Below, piece by piece: positions 9,897-20,195 of a stretch of 64,000 nucleotides of DNA. Under the pieces are notes generated by a model that had not been told where the DNA came from, did not search any database, and saw nothing but the letters and a program-made list of their open reading frames with translations. Origin of the DNA: Candidatus Methanomethylicia archaeon (lineage in GTDB: Archaea; Thermoproteota; Methanomethylicia; Nezhaarchaeales; B40-G2); the NCBI GenBank assembly GCA_029259155.1, contig JAPDJI010000001.1, forward strand, positions 57,377-121,376. The letters run 5' to 3'. The translations under genes and the position numbers were made by a program. How positions within the stretch are numbered: position 1 is the stretch's first letter; the number at the start of each line of letters is the position of its first letter.

Positions 9897-10589
9897 TTAG
9901 TCTTCAATCTCTGTTTTTAGTTCTTTCAAGAAGGCTTTAAGGAACCTTGTTCTTCTCTCGGCCTCTTTTCTCCCCCTCTTCGTTTTCATAGCCTTCTTTA
10001 ACTTTAAGAGTTTAGTGTAGAAGTGATCTAATGTATATTTATCGTCGTCGAGCTCCCTTTTCTCAGCGAAGGGGTCTTCAAAGTGGTACAATGACCTGCC
10101 TCTTGTTGCCCCAAAAGCTATGGCCCTTAGTACACCTATTGCGCCCAGAGCATCGAGCATGTCTGCATCCTTAAGCACAGCGGCTTCCGGGCTTCTAGGA
10201 GCCATATTAGCTGTGTAGCGATGTCCCTTTATAGCTTCGATTACCTTGTTCATCTTGGCTTCTGGGAAACCTACCTCTTCTAAGAGTTGATGGGCAAGCT
10301 CTGCGGAGACCTCGGCATGGTCGCCCTCTAGCCTGAGAGCTCTAGCTAAGTCATGAAGCAGCGCAGCAGCTTCAACCACCTCTACATCGATTTCCTCATC
10401 TTCAGCCAGCTTCCTAGCCAGTTTTCTAACTCTCAGAGCATGTGTGAGCCCATGTCCATCCACGTCAACATCCTTCAGCAGCTCCTTTATCTTCCTCTCT
10501 AACATCGTTATCGGATGGGTCTTCAAGCGGCGTCCTCCGGATAATATTGAACCTTCAAGAATTAACTTTATTGCGGCGCAGATTCCCAA
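9897..10589 (-). CDS. HD-domain phosphohydrolase (YedJ-like); true start probably near 10505
   Basis: HGLTHALRV, AALLHD, DADMLDALGAIG and HFYTKLLKL motifs. Confidence 0.85.
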   Translation of the reverse strand: MGICAAIKLILEGSILSGGRRLKTHPITMLERKIKELLKDVDVDGHGLTHALRVRKLARKLAEDEEIDVEVVEAAALLHDLARALRLEGDHAEVSAELAHQLLEEVGFPEAKMNKVIEAIKGHRYTANMAPRSPEAAVLKDADMLDALGAIGVLRAIAFGATRGRSLYHFEDPFAEKRELDDDKYTLDHFYTKLLKLKKAMKTKRGRKEAERRTRFLKAFLKELKTEIED

Positions 10590-11580
10590 CCCCTTCCTCC
10601 TTCACCTTGATTATGTCCTCTCTACTCACCTCTCCTTTTTCAAGGTACACTCTGTATAGATCTTCTTCTAAGTCGAGCTCTGTATACACCCCGAGCTCAT
10701 GTAGTTTTTCATTTGCTTCTCTCAGGTCTTTTGCGTTGGCAAGGGCTTTTGCCATAGGGGAAGCCTTGTAGAGCTTTAACGGATCTAGGAAAAAGGTTAT
10801 GGCGTTTATTATGGTTAACCTTACGCCTCGAGTAGCTGCTCTAAGCGACTTATATCCATATGAACCTTTAAACGCCTCTAGCGGTAAAACACTGGATTCT
10901 GTTTTTACTTGTTTCACTACTTTTTCAAGCACTTCAGCTCCTTCCTTACCCATCCCAATGGCTCCAAGGTAACCTCCTCTTGAAGCAACTGAACTAATTC
11001 TCTTGGCTAACCGCTGAACCTTAAGCTCTCCATCAACCCCCAGTCCATGTACAGCTAGGATGGTCTTAAAACCCTTCATTTCAAGCTTTGCAAGGCAAGC
11101 TAGCATAACTTGATCTGCCAAAGGGCTCCATAGATCTTTCTCGAGGCCTGTTGCTAATACGTCTCCTCCTACATCAACGCCGAGTATGGCTTCAAATCGG
11201 CTTTTCACGAAGGTGTGTAGGGACTCTATTAGCCTCATAGGCCCTGGCCATAGATCGATAGCTAAGGCTTCTTCATTTAGAAGATCAGCTACTTGAGCTA
11301 GCTGAGGCTTAAAGACTCCACATCCTCTTAGAGCTCTGGTTTCCCCTGTAGCCCATCCTAGGCCAACATCTACTTGTCTTAGCGGCTCCAACTCATTTAA
11401 AGCGATAGGGCCAGGAATAGGATCTATAGGAAAACGCTCCCACACAACGCCTCCTATAATAGGTTTTGCTTTAAGAAGCTGTAACCAGAAGTGGATTAAA
11501 GAAGCAGTAGCTACGTCCCCTCCACCGCCTATGCCTAAAACAAGGACCCGTTTCCATCTCAGCTTTAGTAGCTCCTCCAA
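10555..11580 (-). CDS. DUF1152 family protein
   Basis: GIGGGGDV, GVDVGGD, SPLAD and GVDGEL motifs. Confidence 0.8.
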   Translation of the reverse strand: MEELLKLRWKRVLVLGIGGGGDVATASLIHFWLQLLKAKPIIGGVVWERFPIDPIPGPIALNELEPLRQVDVGLGWATGETRALRGCGVFKPQLAQVADLLNEEALAIDLWPGPMRLIESLHTFVKSRFEAILGVDVGGDVLATGLEKDLWSPLADQVMLACLAKLEMKGFKTILAVHGLGVDGELKVQRLAKRISSVASRGGYLGAIGMGKEGAEVLEKVVKQVKTESSVLPLEAFKGSYGYKSLRAATRGVRLTIINAITFFLDPLKLYKASPMAKALANAKDLREANEKLHELGVYTELDLEEDLYRVYLEKGEVSREDIIKVKEEGVGNLRRNKVNS

Positions 11581-11597
11581 CCTTTCCCCCTTTATCT

Positions 11598-13106
11598 TTA
11601 ATAATGCTTTAGACCATGTTTCCTGGCTTCCTCCATCCTTGCGTTAAACTCCTCCCACGTCATAGCGAAACGTCTTTCGATGGAGGGGCGATGGATGGTG
11701 TTCATGGAGCAGAATGGTATTATCCTGCCGTCAGGGATGCCGTAGTGTATTACACAGCGCTGTACGCGTTCGAGGTCAAAGTTATAAGCGTCCATGAAAT
11801 GCATGGACGCTATCAAGATAGCGTTGAAGTGGAAGTCCCGTAGTGACTCGTAGGTCCCGGTCTTCAGTATAGGCCATATAAGCCTTCTCAACAACCCCCA
11901 CTTTACGTGTCGGAGGGAGGATAGGAGCCTCATCTTAGCCCTAAGTTTATGTCCCTGCTTAGCCTGCTCGTAGGCTTGCTCCATCTTCTTCATAAAAGCC
12001 TCCACGTTGACCTTCCTGGTGATGGGAATCATCTTTTCTCCGCTCTCCTCGATGAATATATACGTGGCCATACCGCAGTGGGGATGCGCTGTGAACTCGG
12101 CGCCGTAACGATGGTTTTTGAGGGCGCCTATTGCTTTAGGTATGGGGACAACGAAGGGGACGGGGTACCAGTCACTAGTTTTTATCTGTCCGCCGGTCTG
12201 CTCTTCGGCCAGCTTCATGAGGTCTGGTATGGTTATGCGCATTTGTCTTAATTGCATCTTATCTATCCTGCCACATATTGAGACCGGCTGGAAGTTTACG
12301 CATCTAATTACATCGGCGTTCTTGGCTGCGAACTTTATGATATCCCCTACCTGGTGGTCGTTGACCCCTCTCACTAGCGTTGGCACCAATACGACAGCGT
12401 CGAAGCCTATTTTCCTACAGTTCTCTATAACCTTCTTCTTCACCTCTAAGAGGTCTACCCCTCTTGTCTTAATGTAGACGTCGCTAGTCACGCCGTCAAA
12501 CTGGAGGTATATGGCATTAGCTCCAGCGTCCACCAGTTCACGGCAGTAGTCTAGGCTTTGAGCAAGTTTGATTCCATTGGTGTTGACTTCGATGTGATGA
12601 AAACCTGCTTTATCGGCGTACTCTATGAGTTCAGGAAGGTCTTCACGAACGGTGGGTTCTCCACCGCTAAATTGAAGTCCTGGAGGCTTAGCGGGTTCAT
12701 TGGAGCGCAGATTATCTATTATCTGCTTTATTTCTTCTGAGGAGGGTTCATACACATAGCCAGCCGCTCCAGCGTTAGCGAAGCAGATGGGGCACCTCAA
12801 GTTACATCTATTAGTCACATCTATGATCGCCAACACGGTGAAGGACTTATGCTCATTACATATCCCACAGTCGAAGGGGCAACCCTTCTCTCGCTTAGTT
12901 CTCGGATTGGCCAGCCCATCCCCCACATGCTCGAATTGGAGTACCCTCATGTATTCCTCATAGCTTGACCAATAAACATCCTCGAACTCTCCGTGTTCCG
13001 GACACGTCTTAGAGATGTAGACGACTCCTCCCTTCTCGTATACCTTAGCGTCTATGACTCTAAGGCACTCAGGACATAAGCTCTTAGTGTCCTTTAGGTG
13101 TTTCAA
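11598..13106 (-). CDS. tes: Tetraether lipid synthase (GDGT-MAS/Tes; MJ0619-family radical SAM)
   Basis: N-terminal CPEC...CPEHG, CPFDCGIC, DVTNRCNLRCPIC, FSGGEPT, FTAHPHCG and MHFMD...CVIHY...IPFC motifs. Confidence 0.88.
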   Translation of the reverse strand: MKHLKDTKSLCPECLRVIDAKVYEKGGVVYISKTCPEHGEFEDVYWSSYEEYMRVLQFEHVGDGLANPRTKREKGCPFDCGICNEHKSFTVLAIIDVTNRCNLRCPICFANAGAAGYVYEPSSEEIKQIIDNLRSNEPAKPPGLQFSGGEPTVREDLPELIEYADKAGFHHIEVNTNGIKLAQSLDYCRELVDAGANAIYLQFDGVTSDVYIKTRGVDLLEVKKKVIENCRKIGFDAVVLVPTLVRGVNDHQVGDIIKFAAKNADVIRCVNFQPVSICGRIDKMQLRQMRITIPDLMKLAEEQTGGQIKTSDWYPVPFVVPIPKAIGALKNHRYGAEFTAHPHCGMATYIFIEESGEKMIPITRKVNVEAFMKKMEQAYEQAKQGHKLRAKMRLLSSLRHVKWGLLRRLIWPILKTGTYESLRDFHFNAILIASMHFMDAYNFDLERVQRCVIHYGIPDGRIIPFCSMNTIHRPSIERRFAMTWEEFNARMEEARKHGLKHY

Positions 13107-13228
13107 GGCACATCGCCGTTGTCGACTGAACGTTATATCCCTTCACGCCTCGTTATAACGCTTACCCCAAGCTCGCCTTCCCTTAACCTTTTAAAGCCTC
13201 TCTACCTCTATGATTAAATGGTGCAACT

Positions 13229-13669
13229 ATGAGCATAAATTTGCGGTATATGTCAAAGAAAGGCGTGGAGAAGAGCGTTAGAGCCCCCATTGAAACCTAC
13301 GAGTACTTGTTGAGCAATAGAGGTCGCTGGGAAGTGTTGATAGCGGACGAGGAAAAAGAAGTAAGAGCTGGGCTTTGTCATCTAGTAAAGATTAAGCCTA
13401 TTGAGCTACATCCGGAAGAAATAGTGTTACCATGCCCAACAAATAGACATGTATTGGGATCGGTGATTTCGGTAGGTAGGAGTGCTGGTAGGGTTCAACG
13501 TGTTGAAGAGAGGAGGAAGTTCGACGTAGCTATTTTCGCTGCGGTGAGAGATGGCACCATTTACGCGGGGGATAATATAGGGGTACTTAACGTGTTCCCG
13601 CAGGCTACGTTAATCTCGAGGGTTGTTCCGCCTCCAGGCTTCCGTAGCCCTCCTCCGCCTTATAGGTAA
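13229..13669 (+). CDS. DUF22-like archaeal protein
   Basis: WEVLIADE...HVLGSV...DGTIYAGDNIGVLNV resembles DUF22. Confidence 0.6.
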   Translation: MSINLRYMSKKGVEKSVRAPIETYEYLLSNRGRWEVLIADEEKEVRAGLCHLVKIKPIELHPEEIVLPCPTNRHVLGSVISVGRSAGRVQRVEERRKFDVAIFAAVRDGTIYAGDNIGVLNVFPQATLISRVVPPPGFRSPPPPYR

Positions 13670-13675
13670 ACGTTA

Positions 13676-13987
13676 CTAAATACTGCTTCTTTTTACCCCT
13701 ATCGCGAGGCCTATTAAGAAATTGATAGACCCTAAGAGCAGCCCGATTCCATAGAGATCAGCGCCTAAAGGATTCATTAGTGACGACTGTATCAGCTGAA
13801 CTAGTTCTGTTAGTCTCTCGCTTCTCAACTCGAAGATGCCAATGCTTAATGATAGGTAAGTTAAAAGGATGGTTAGAGATAGAGCAGTGATGACTGACCC
13901 TAGTTTTCTCTTAAAAAGGAATCCTAAGGTAAAGCCCACCGCTCCAGCCACGATAACGTAAATTACCGGCGTAATGGAGGCATCCAT
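13676..13987 (-). CDS. Small membrane protein (FUN14-like)
   Basis: GFTLGFLFKR and C-terminal FLIGLAIGVK; three hydrophobic segments. Confidence 0.5.
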   Translation of the reverse strand: MDASITPVIYVIVAGAVGFTLGFLFKRKLGSVITALSLTILLTYLSLSIGIFELRSERLTELVQLIQSSLMNPLGADLYGIGLLLGSINFLIGLAIGVKRSSI

Positions 13988-14508
13988 TCATAACACCTCC
14001 AGCTTACTGCATCTTCAACTCGACGCTCGTGCACGGGTTCATGGCTGGGCTTAAGCTTATCAAGGAGATCGCTATACTTTGACTTTAACTTCACTATTTC
14101 CTTAAGGTCCTTAAAGGTGAGGAGCCATATCTGATCGTCAACTTCATGAAAGCTTCCCTTTAAAAGCCTTGAAGCTTCTTCAACCTCCTTAACATCAGAA
14201 ATGTAAAAACCCTTGGCTTTCCAAAGATCAAAGGCGTGCTTAAGCCCAGCCATGGCCTCTAAAGGTTCTCCTTTGCGTACGATGAACACATGTGTAGGTT
14301 TTCCATCGATCTCTCTCCTCCAGGCAATATCGTATTGAAAACCATCATTCTTTAATCCTTCACTAACAGCTAGGCCCTGCTCTTCTCCTAGCTTTCTTAT
14401 GAATCCAAGCAGCTTTCTTCGCTCACTTTTGCGTAAAACTTCTCCTAGTAGAATTATCGACGCTACTGAGGTTACGAACGCTGCTATGAGAGATACTAGA
14501 TCAGGCAA
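13963..14508 (-). CDS. Membrane-anchored hypothetical protein with a possibly degenerate PD-(D/E)XK-like domain
   Basis: N-terminal TM helix; YDIAWRR...PTHVFIV segment. Confidence 0.5.
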   Translation of the reverse strand: MPDLVSLIAAFVTSVASIILLGEVLRKSERRKLLGFIRKLGEEQGLAVSEGLKNDGFQYDIAWRREIDGKPTHVFIVRKGEPLEAMAGLKHAFDLWKAKGFYISDVKEVEEASRLLKGSFHEVDDQIWLLTFKDLKEIVKLKSKYSDLLDKLKPSHEPVHERRVEDAVSWRCYEWMPPLRR

Positions 14509-14664
14509 GCCTAGCCCTCGCTAAGGACTGGCGTCGCTCTTAGCCTATTACACCTTGTAGTCTCCAAGTATTCTCTAGCTCTTCCAGGAATATTCCTAGA
14601 CCTTCCCGGCGCTTATTCTTATTTACAATTTTGTTTAAAATTAAACCTCTTTTTCTAGAAGTTT

Positions 14665-15726
14665 TTAAGTTAATTTTTTTAAAAGAGGCTTGATGTAATC
14701 GTAACCCTTAGCTTCAGGTGAGCCTACTAACACCCTAAAGTAGCTTCCACCTGCTCTATCTTCAACTCTCTCTAGCTTTCCTCTAACCATTATTCTCTCT
14801 CTAGGCTCAGCTATGTCAATGTATAAACCCTCGTAGCTGACAACTTCAACGATGTCCTCAGCCTCTCTTGGGCCATTTGTTACTTCCACGTCCTTCACGG
14901 TGTAGACTGCTGGCATGAAAAGAGCTTCCTGGTTATCAGCTACTGTAGCTTTCAACTCTACTACTCCAAGCCCCTTGAAAACTCTGTCCTCAAACCTACC
15001 TTTTACCTCTTCCTCGACTTTAACTGGATGAACGGAGAAATCTCTTCCCCTAAACATCCCCCTATTCCATTTCCTCATCGTAAGCTCGAACGCCTCTTCC
15101 CTGGTAAGGTGAAAGATCTTAACGCGTCTCTCTAATAATGCTTCAAGCTTAGCTCCTTCAACCCTCTTTAGGACATCTCCCTCCCTGTAGAGCTCCCTTA
15201 AAGTCTCCTTCACCCTCAGGGCGTTATTCCTTCCATAAACCACAAGGTCCACATCGGAGAACTCAGGCCTATGTATGTCCACTAGTATAGAACCTGTTAC
15301 TCCGAAGTTATTAAGAGAGATACCTGCTTGACCAGCTATGTATTCGGCTAGCTCTAAAGCTAGGCTTTCCAGCTCGTCTCTGCTCTCCTCTCTAAGATTA
15401 GCTAGCCTCTCCTCAGGCTTGAAGTGTTGTTTAATGTAATTTAACGGTACTGCTGAGATCTTGATCCCCATGAAGGGACAGTCGTAGACGTAGTGGGGGT
15501 ATTGCTGTTCAAGTAGCTGGATGGTGTTTAAAAGGGATGGTATGTCGTAGTAGGGCATCATCCTGCTATACTTGACCTTGTTACCCCAGAGCCCTGAACT
15601 ACTCGGGGCATACTTCAAGTATGCTATGACCCTATCTTGGGGATGTAGGTTAGAGACTACCGTGAAGAACAATCCTTCCACTGTCTCCACATAGTCTCTA
15701 TCCCTAAACCACCTCACGGCCTTCAC
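14665..15726 (-). CDS. Predicted nucleotidyltransferase (COG1665-like), paralog 1
   Basis: HPQDRVIAYLKY and GVTGSIL...SDVDLVVYG motifs. Confidence 0.8.
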   Translation of the reverse strand: MKAVRWFRDRDYVETVEGLFFTVVSNLHPQDRVIAYLKYAPSSSGLWGNKVKYSRMMPYYDIPSLLNTIQLLEQQYPHYVYDCPFMGIKISAVPLNYIKQHFKPEERLANLREESRDELESLALELAEYIAGQAGISLNNFGVTGSILVDIHRPEFSDVDLVVYGRNNALRVKETLRELYREGDVLKRVEGAKLEALLERRVKIFHLTREEAFELTMRKWNRGMFRGRDFSVHPVKVEEEVKGRFEDRVFKGLGVVELKATVADNQEALFMPAVYTVKDVEVTNGPREAEDIVEVVSYEGLYIDIAEPRERIMVRGKLERVEDRAGGSYFRVLVGSPEAKGYDYIKPLLKKLT

Positions 15727-15783
15727 CTTAGGGTAGCCTTAATAGCTTCTCGAGGGTAGAAATAGTCAGCGGTTATAAAGGAT

Positions 15784-16503
15784 GTGTGGATGGCGCTCAT
15801 GTCTAGGAGAGGGATTAGTAGTGAGCGTATCGCGCGCGGTGTATTGGAGAGAATGGGCTTCAAGGTTCTAAGCTCAAGGCAGAGGATAATCACTCAAGGG
15901 ATTGAAGTGGGTGAAGTTGATTTAGTGGCTGAAAGTCCTGAAGGAGAGAAGTACTCTGTAGAGGTGAAGGCTGGTAGAGCTAGTGTAACAGATGTCCGTC
16001 AAGCATACTCTAACGCTAAGCTACTAGGCTTAAAACCTATGTTAATATGTAAGGGCTATAGCGACGCGGCAGCTGAGGTGGTTGCTAAAGAGCTAGGCGT
16101 TGAGGTCATAGAACTACCTCAATTTTACTTGCTTCTTGAAGCTGAAGATTTGGAGACCGTGGTTAGGCAGGCGGTGATGGATGCGTTGGAGGACTACGAA
16201 GCGCCTATGGTACATATCAAGGTGGAGGCCGATGAGCTTAAAGCGTTAAAGGCGCTTGCTTCGGCCTCCTCTTGGGAGGAAGCAGCTAACCTCGTAGGCG
16301 GTCATGAGAAGCTTGAAGTTTGCGTCTCAAGGCTTAAGTCTAAAGGTGTGCTTAAACCTGCAAGAGGGTTTAAGGGGATTAGACGCCAAGCATCGAGAGC
16401 ACTAAGCTACTTAATGCTGAATTATAGGCTTAAGAGGGTGGAGAAGGCTCTAAAGCGTCTGTTAAGATCCCTTAATCATCCACAGCCAACAAGTAATCGT
16501 TAG
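15784..16503 (+). CDS. PD-(D/E)XK endonuclease (YraN/Mrr-cat-like)
   Basis: GISSE...GEVDLVAE...VEVKAG...VRQ motif. Confidence 0.72.
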   Translation: MWMALMSRRGISSERIARGVLERMGFKVLSSRQRIITQGIEVGEVDLVAESPEGEKYSVEVKAGRASVTDVRQAYSNAKLLGLKPMLICKGYSDAAAEVVAKELGVEVIELPQFYLLLEAEDLETVVRQAVMDALEDYEAPMVHIKVEADELKALKALASASSWEEAANLVGGHEKLEVCVSRLKSKGVLKPARGFKGIRRQASRALSYLMLNYRLKRVEKALKRLLRSLNHPQPTSNR

Positions 16504-17488
16504 GATCTCCTCCAAGCAGTAGCCTATAATGTGTCTCACCGTTTCTATCTGTAACCATCTCTAACTTGCCTCTCGCGGCGACTAAATCTCCTTCGTAAGC
16601 TTGTTCACAGAACCTTCCCCTGAAAGAGGTTATCTCGGTGAGCTTTTCTACACTTCGGCCTTCAAGGAACCTGACTTCGTTAACTATGTAGGTGCAAGGA
16701 GTAAAGATAGCGTCGCTAGCATCCACCACCCTTGCCACGATCTCTGCTCTACCCATTGGTTTGTATCTTCTATCTCCGTAGCGCTCCTCTACTTCTTCAG
16801 GATCCTTAATGAACCTTACGAAGAACTCTCTATCTTTAAACTTGGCTTGGATAACCTTCCTACCTTCTTGTTCTATAAACTTCTCAAGCGATACCTTCGC
16901 TTCACGTTCCCCATAAAGTCTCTTGAGCTCCTCTACGCTTAGTCTAGCTAGTCCTGCCTCCTGTTTCTCTAGGAGCTCCTGTAAGACGCCATGTACCCTG
17001 AAGCAGTTCTTTGAGCCGTATACCACGAAATCTATATCAGAGTTTTCAGTGGTCAACTGCACTAGAATAGACCCTGAGATACCTAAGCTACTTGAAGGGA
17101 CATTGGCTCTATCCCTTAATAGCTCGATTAGCTCTAAGGCGTCTCTCTCAAGCGGATTAAGCTCTTCTCTCTGCTTAACCATCCTGGCGACAGCTTCGCG
17201 AGGGCTATATACTTTAGCTATGTTACGATACGGTACGCCCTGCACCACCTCGTTGAATACTTCATCATAGAATATGTACTGTGGATAACGTTCCTTGAGC
17301 GCGTTGAACTGTTCCTCAAACTTGTACACCCTGGTATACCTAATTCCTCCTCTCTGTCTTTCTCCTTGAGGTGTAGGTAAGTAGCGTAAGTAAGCTATCA
17401 CTGCCTGAGGTGGATGAAGGTATCCTTTCACTGTGAAGATGAGGCTTTCAAAAGTCTCGACGTAGTATCCTTCAATCAACCTCTCCAT
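16472..17488 (-). CDS. Predicted nucleotidyltransferase (COG1665-like), paralog 2
   Basis: HPPQAVIAYLRY, GISGSIL...SDIDFVVYG and SFRGRFCEQ; clear paralog of 14665-15726. Confidence 0.8.
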   Translation of the reverse strand: MERLIEGYYVETFESLIFTVKGYLHPPQAVIAYLRYLPTPQGERQRGGIRYTRVYKFEEQFNALKERYPQYIFYDEVFNEVVQGVPYRNIAKVYSPREAVARMVKQREELNPLERDALELIELLRDRANVPSSSLGISGSILVQLTTENSDIDFVVYGSKNCFRVHGVLQELLEKQEAGLARLSVEELKRLYGEREAKVSLEKFIEQEGRKVIQAKFKDREFFVRFIKDPEEVEERYGDRRYKPMGRAEIVARVVDASDAIFTPCTYIVNEVRFLEGRSVEKLTEITSFRGRFCEQAYEGDLVAARGKLEMVTDRNGETHYRLLLGGDPNDYLLAVDD

Positions 17489-17509
17489 CGCAATTGACCT
17501 CCTCCCTAC

Positions 17510-18517
17510 TTAAGGCCTAATACCGCATAATATGGCCACAAATAAGCATGTGGCTGTTAAATCGGCTGTAGACCCTGGATTTAGGATTCCTCCGGCTTTC
17601 TTCAGTTCTCTATCCATTCTCTTCAGCTCTCTTCTCCCCTCCTCCGATAAGGCTCCGCCCAGCTTCAAGACCTCCTGCGCTCTCCTCATCACCTCCTCCG
17701 CCTTTACCATCCCTACCTCCACTGCCTCCGGGAGTTTGAGGTTTAAGGAAGCTCCGACGTTCCTAGCTATGAAGGTGTCTGGTTTAGAAGCCAGTAGCTT
17801 AAGGTAGGTTTGAACCGTTGCCAAGTTTATGTCCTTAGCCTCTCCGTACACTTTGAGGAACTCAGGTAGCGCTATTGTGAAGGTGGCTTCAAAGCCTCTT
17901 GAAAGCTCCCAAGCTACGTTATCCCATCTCTCCGCCTCCTTCATAACGTCTAGGAGGGTTAACCCCTCATTGATTATGGAGTCTCGGTAGCTTGGATCTT
18001 TAATGTCGGGGGCCTTAGTTGAAGATACTTCACTAAGTCCTGAAGGATTAGCTATGATTATGGCTTCATAGACCTCGACGGCGTCTAAGCTCGTGGTGTT
18101 CTTCATAACCTCAGCTGCGCTATTTCTAAGCCTCTCGGGCGTCAACGTACCGTACCTTGCATAAGTAAAGCCAGCAGCGACGGCTAAAGGTATAAAGAGG
18201 AGAGCTATTCCTAAGTGAGTGTTTCCTCCTCTATGCCATGATTTCACGTCTAAGACTGCCTTTTTAATTAGCCTTCCAACCTTAACCTCATCTTCTCTTA
18301 TCTGGAAGAGGCCCAAAGAGCCTCCTAGAACTGCGGCCTCTCTAAGGGCTGGTCCCATAGCTATGGATCCTGCTATGAAATGTTCAAAGTGTTTATGAGG
18401 GTAGTCAGAGAATCTATGAACGTTGCCTGGCTTAGGCCAAGCTGAGACCTCTAAAGCTGCGGCAAGCTGCCCTGCCCTCATAACTTCATCAGCGTAGGCA
18501 GCAACGCTATGTTCCAA
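17510..18517 (-). CDS. citG: CitG-like triphosphoribosyl-dephospho-CoA synthase family (H4MPT-associated type)
   Basis: LEVSAWPKPGNVHR, NTHLG and NPGSTADL motifs. Confidence 0.85.
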   Translation of the reverse strand: MEHSVAAYADEVMRAGQLAAALEVSAWPKPGNVHRFSDYPHKHFEHFIAGSIAMGPALREAAVLGGSLGLFQIREDEVKVGRLIKKAVLDVKSWHRGGNTHLGIALLFIPLAVAAGFTYARYGTLTPERLRNSAAEVMKNTTSLDAVEVYEAIIIANPSGLSEVSSTKAPDIKDPSYRDSIINEGLTLLDVMKEAERWDNVAWELSRGFEATFTIALPEFLKVYGEAKDINLATVQTYLKLLASKPDTFIARNVGASLNLKLPEAVEVGMVKAEEVMRRAQEVLKLGGALSEEGRRELKRMDRELKKAGGILNPGSTADLTATCLFVAILCGIRP

Positions 18518-18562
18518 GCCCTATACCCTCCACCTGGACCTTCTCTTCCCCCTAATATCAGG

Positions 18563-19198
18563 CTATGCCTTAAAGTACCAGGCCTCAACTTTCCGCTTAA
18601 TTTCCTCTGCTAATAGCGTGTACGTGGAGCTTGGGGCAACTCGTTTAACGAGGTTTACATAGTAATCTACTAACTCCAGGAGCGTTTCCGCCTTGTTCTT
18701 TAAGCCCTTAGCTGTGAACTCTTTGACCCTAGTGGCGTGAATAAGGGCCTCTATAACTGCTGGCTTAGCTCTACAATAGGCTGAAGGATAGATAAGATTA
18801 GCCTCTACATGTATTGGTTTACATTCTACTCGTGCTCTATCATTATCTTCTGCCAGGTGGGTTACCTTAGCCTCTACGTAGGCTTGAGCCCCCTTGATCC
18901 TTGGGGGCTTAACTGTCCTAGCCTCCTCAAAGATGAGCTTAGGCTCTTCGAGCTTGAGGGCGGTAATGGCGAAGATAGCTGGGTCATCGGTCACGTTAAG
19001 CACTACCTCCATGGTTGAAGCCAGGTTACGGTAGGTCCTAGAGGTTTTAAAGGGTCTAAGCACCATCAGACCTCCCTCTACCGTCACACCCATGGGTGCA
19101 GCGTTAGGCCTCCCTTCACGGTCAACGGTTGAGGCTACCACCTCGACTATTACCCCTTCAATGAACCCCAGCGAGCTTAATTCGACCAAGCTACCCAA
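18563..19198 (-). CDS. DUF447 family protein
   Basis: PNAAPMG, SRTYRNL and AVIEALIHATR motifs. Confidence 0.8.
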   Translation of the reverse strand: MGSLVELSSLGFIEGVIVEVVASTVDREGRPNAAPMGVTVEGGLMVLRPFKTSRTYRNLASTMEVVLNVTDDPAIFAITALKLEEPKLIFEEARTVKPPRIKGAQAYVEAKVTHLAEDNDRARVECKPIHVEANLIYPSAYCRAKPAVIEALIHATRVKEFTAKGLKNKAETLLELVDYYVNLVKRVAPSSTYTLLAEEIKRKVEAWYFKA

Positions 19199-19247
19199 CC
19201 ATTCACATATATAGGGCTCCTGCCTTTAAAGCGCCAGGGGTCTTTAT

Positions 19248-20189
19248 TTGCCTCTACCTGACATCCACCGTACTAGGCCTGCTGTAGCGATGCCTTTGAG
19301 GAAGGTGGGGATAAAGGGCATTAGAATGCCCATAAGCTTCACGAGGCTAGGTTCTAAGCGTGTTCTGTTAGTGCCTTCGTTTGACGTGTTTATAGACCTC
19401 CCTCCGGACCGCAAAGGTATAGATGCTTCTAGGAGCTATGAAGCAGTGGCGGACGTTTTCAGCATGTTTGCGAAGAGGACTTATAGGCTTGAGGATCTAT
19501 GCGCCCTGATAGCTAATGAACTGTTGAATAGACATGAATACGCCACGAGGGCAGAGGTAAAGGCTAGGGCAGGGGCTGTAGTGGAGCGTACAACACCTAA
19601 AAGCAGTATTTCTACCTTTGAACCTTACAAGGTTTATGCTAAGGCTGTGTCTAGGCTTATTGAAGGCTCTGTTCATACCTACAGAATGGTGGGGGTTAAG
19701 GTAGTAGGCGTAACTGCTTGTCCATGTGTCATGGAGGGTATTAAGGAGCTTTCAAAGACGGAACTAGCTGAGGCCTTAGGAATCCACGGCTTAGACCCTA
19801 AGCTACTAGATGTTCTCCCCATAGCTACACACATGCAAAGAAGCGAAGGGTTCTTGTTAATGGATTCTCCTGAAGGATATGATGTGGACGTCTCTAAGCT
19901 AATAGATATCGTGGAGGGGGCCATGAGCGCCCCTACCTACGAGTTGCTTAAGAGAGTGGATGAGGTAGAAATAGTGTTAAGGGCGGTGAGCAACGCTAGG
20001 TTTGTGGAGGACTCCATTAGGTTCATGGCCAAGGGCTTAGTGGAGACCTTCAAGGAATTACCGGATGAAACCAAGGTTCTACTGGCTCAGCGTAGCGAGG
20101 AGAGCATACATAAGCATGATATGGTGGCTATAAGGAAGGCTACGCTGGGGGGTCTTCGGAGAGAGCTCTTCTCACTCAACGAGGAGTAG
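19248..20189 (+). CDS. mptA: GTP cyclohydrolase IV (MptA/FolE2 family)
   Basis: LPDIH, KVGIKG, TACPC, THMQRS, LLKRVDE, FVED and ESIHKHD motifs. Confidence 0.9.
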   Translation: MPLPDIHRTRPAVAMPLRKVGIKGIRMPISFTRLGSKRVLLVPSFDVFIDLPPDRKGIDASRSYEAVADVFSMFAKRTYRLEDLCALIANELLNRHEYATRAEVKARAGAVVERTTPKSSISTFEPYKVYAKAVSRLIEGSVHTYRMVGVKVVGVTACPCVMEGIKELSKTELAEALGIHGLDPKLLDVLPIATHMQRSEGFLLMDSPEGYDVDVSKLIDIVEGAMSAPTYELLKRVDEVEIVLRAVSNARFVEDSIRFMAKGLVETFKELPDETKVLLAQRSEESIHKHDMVAIRKATLGGLRRELFSLNEE

Positions 20190-20195
20190 CTGACC

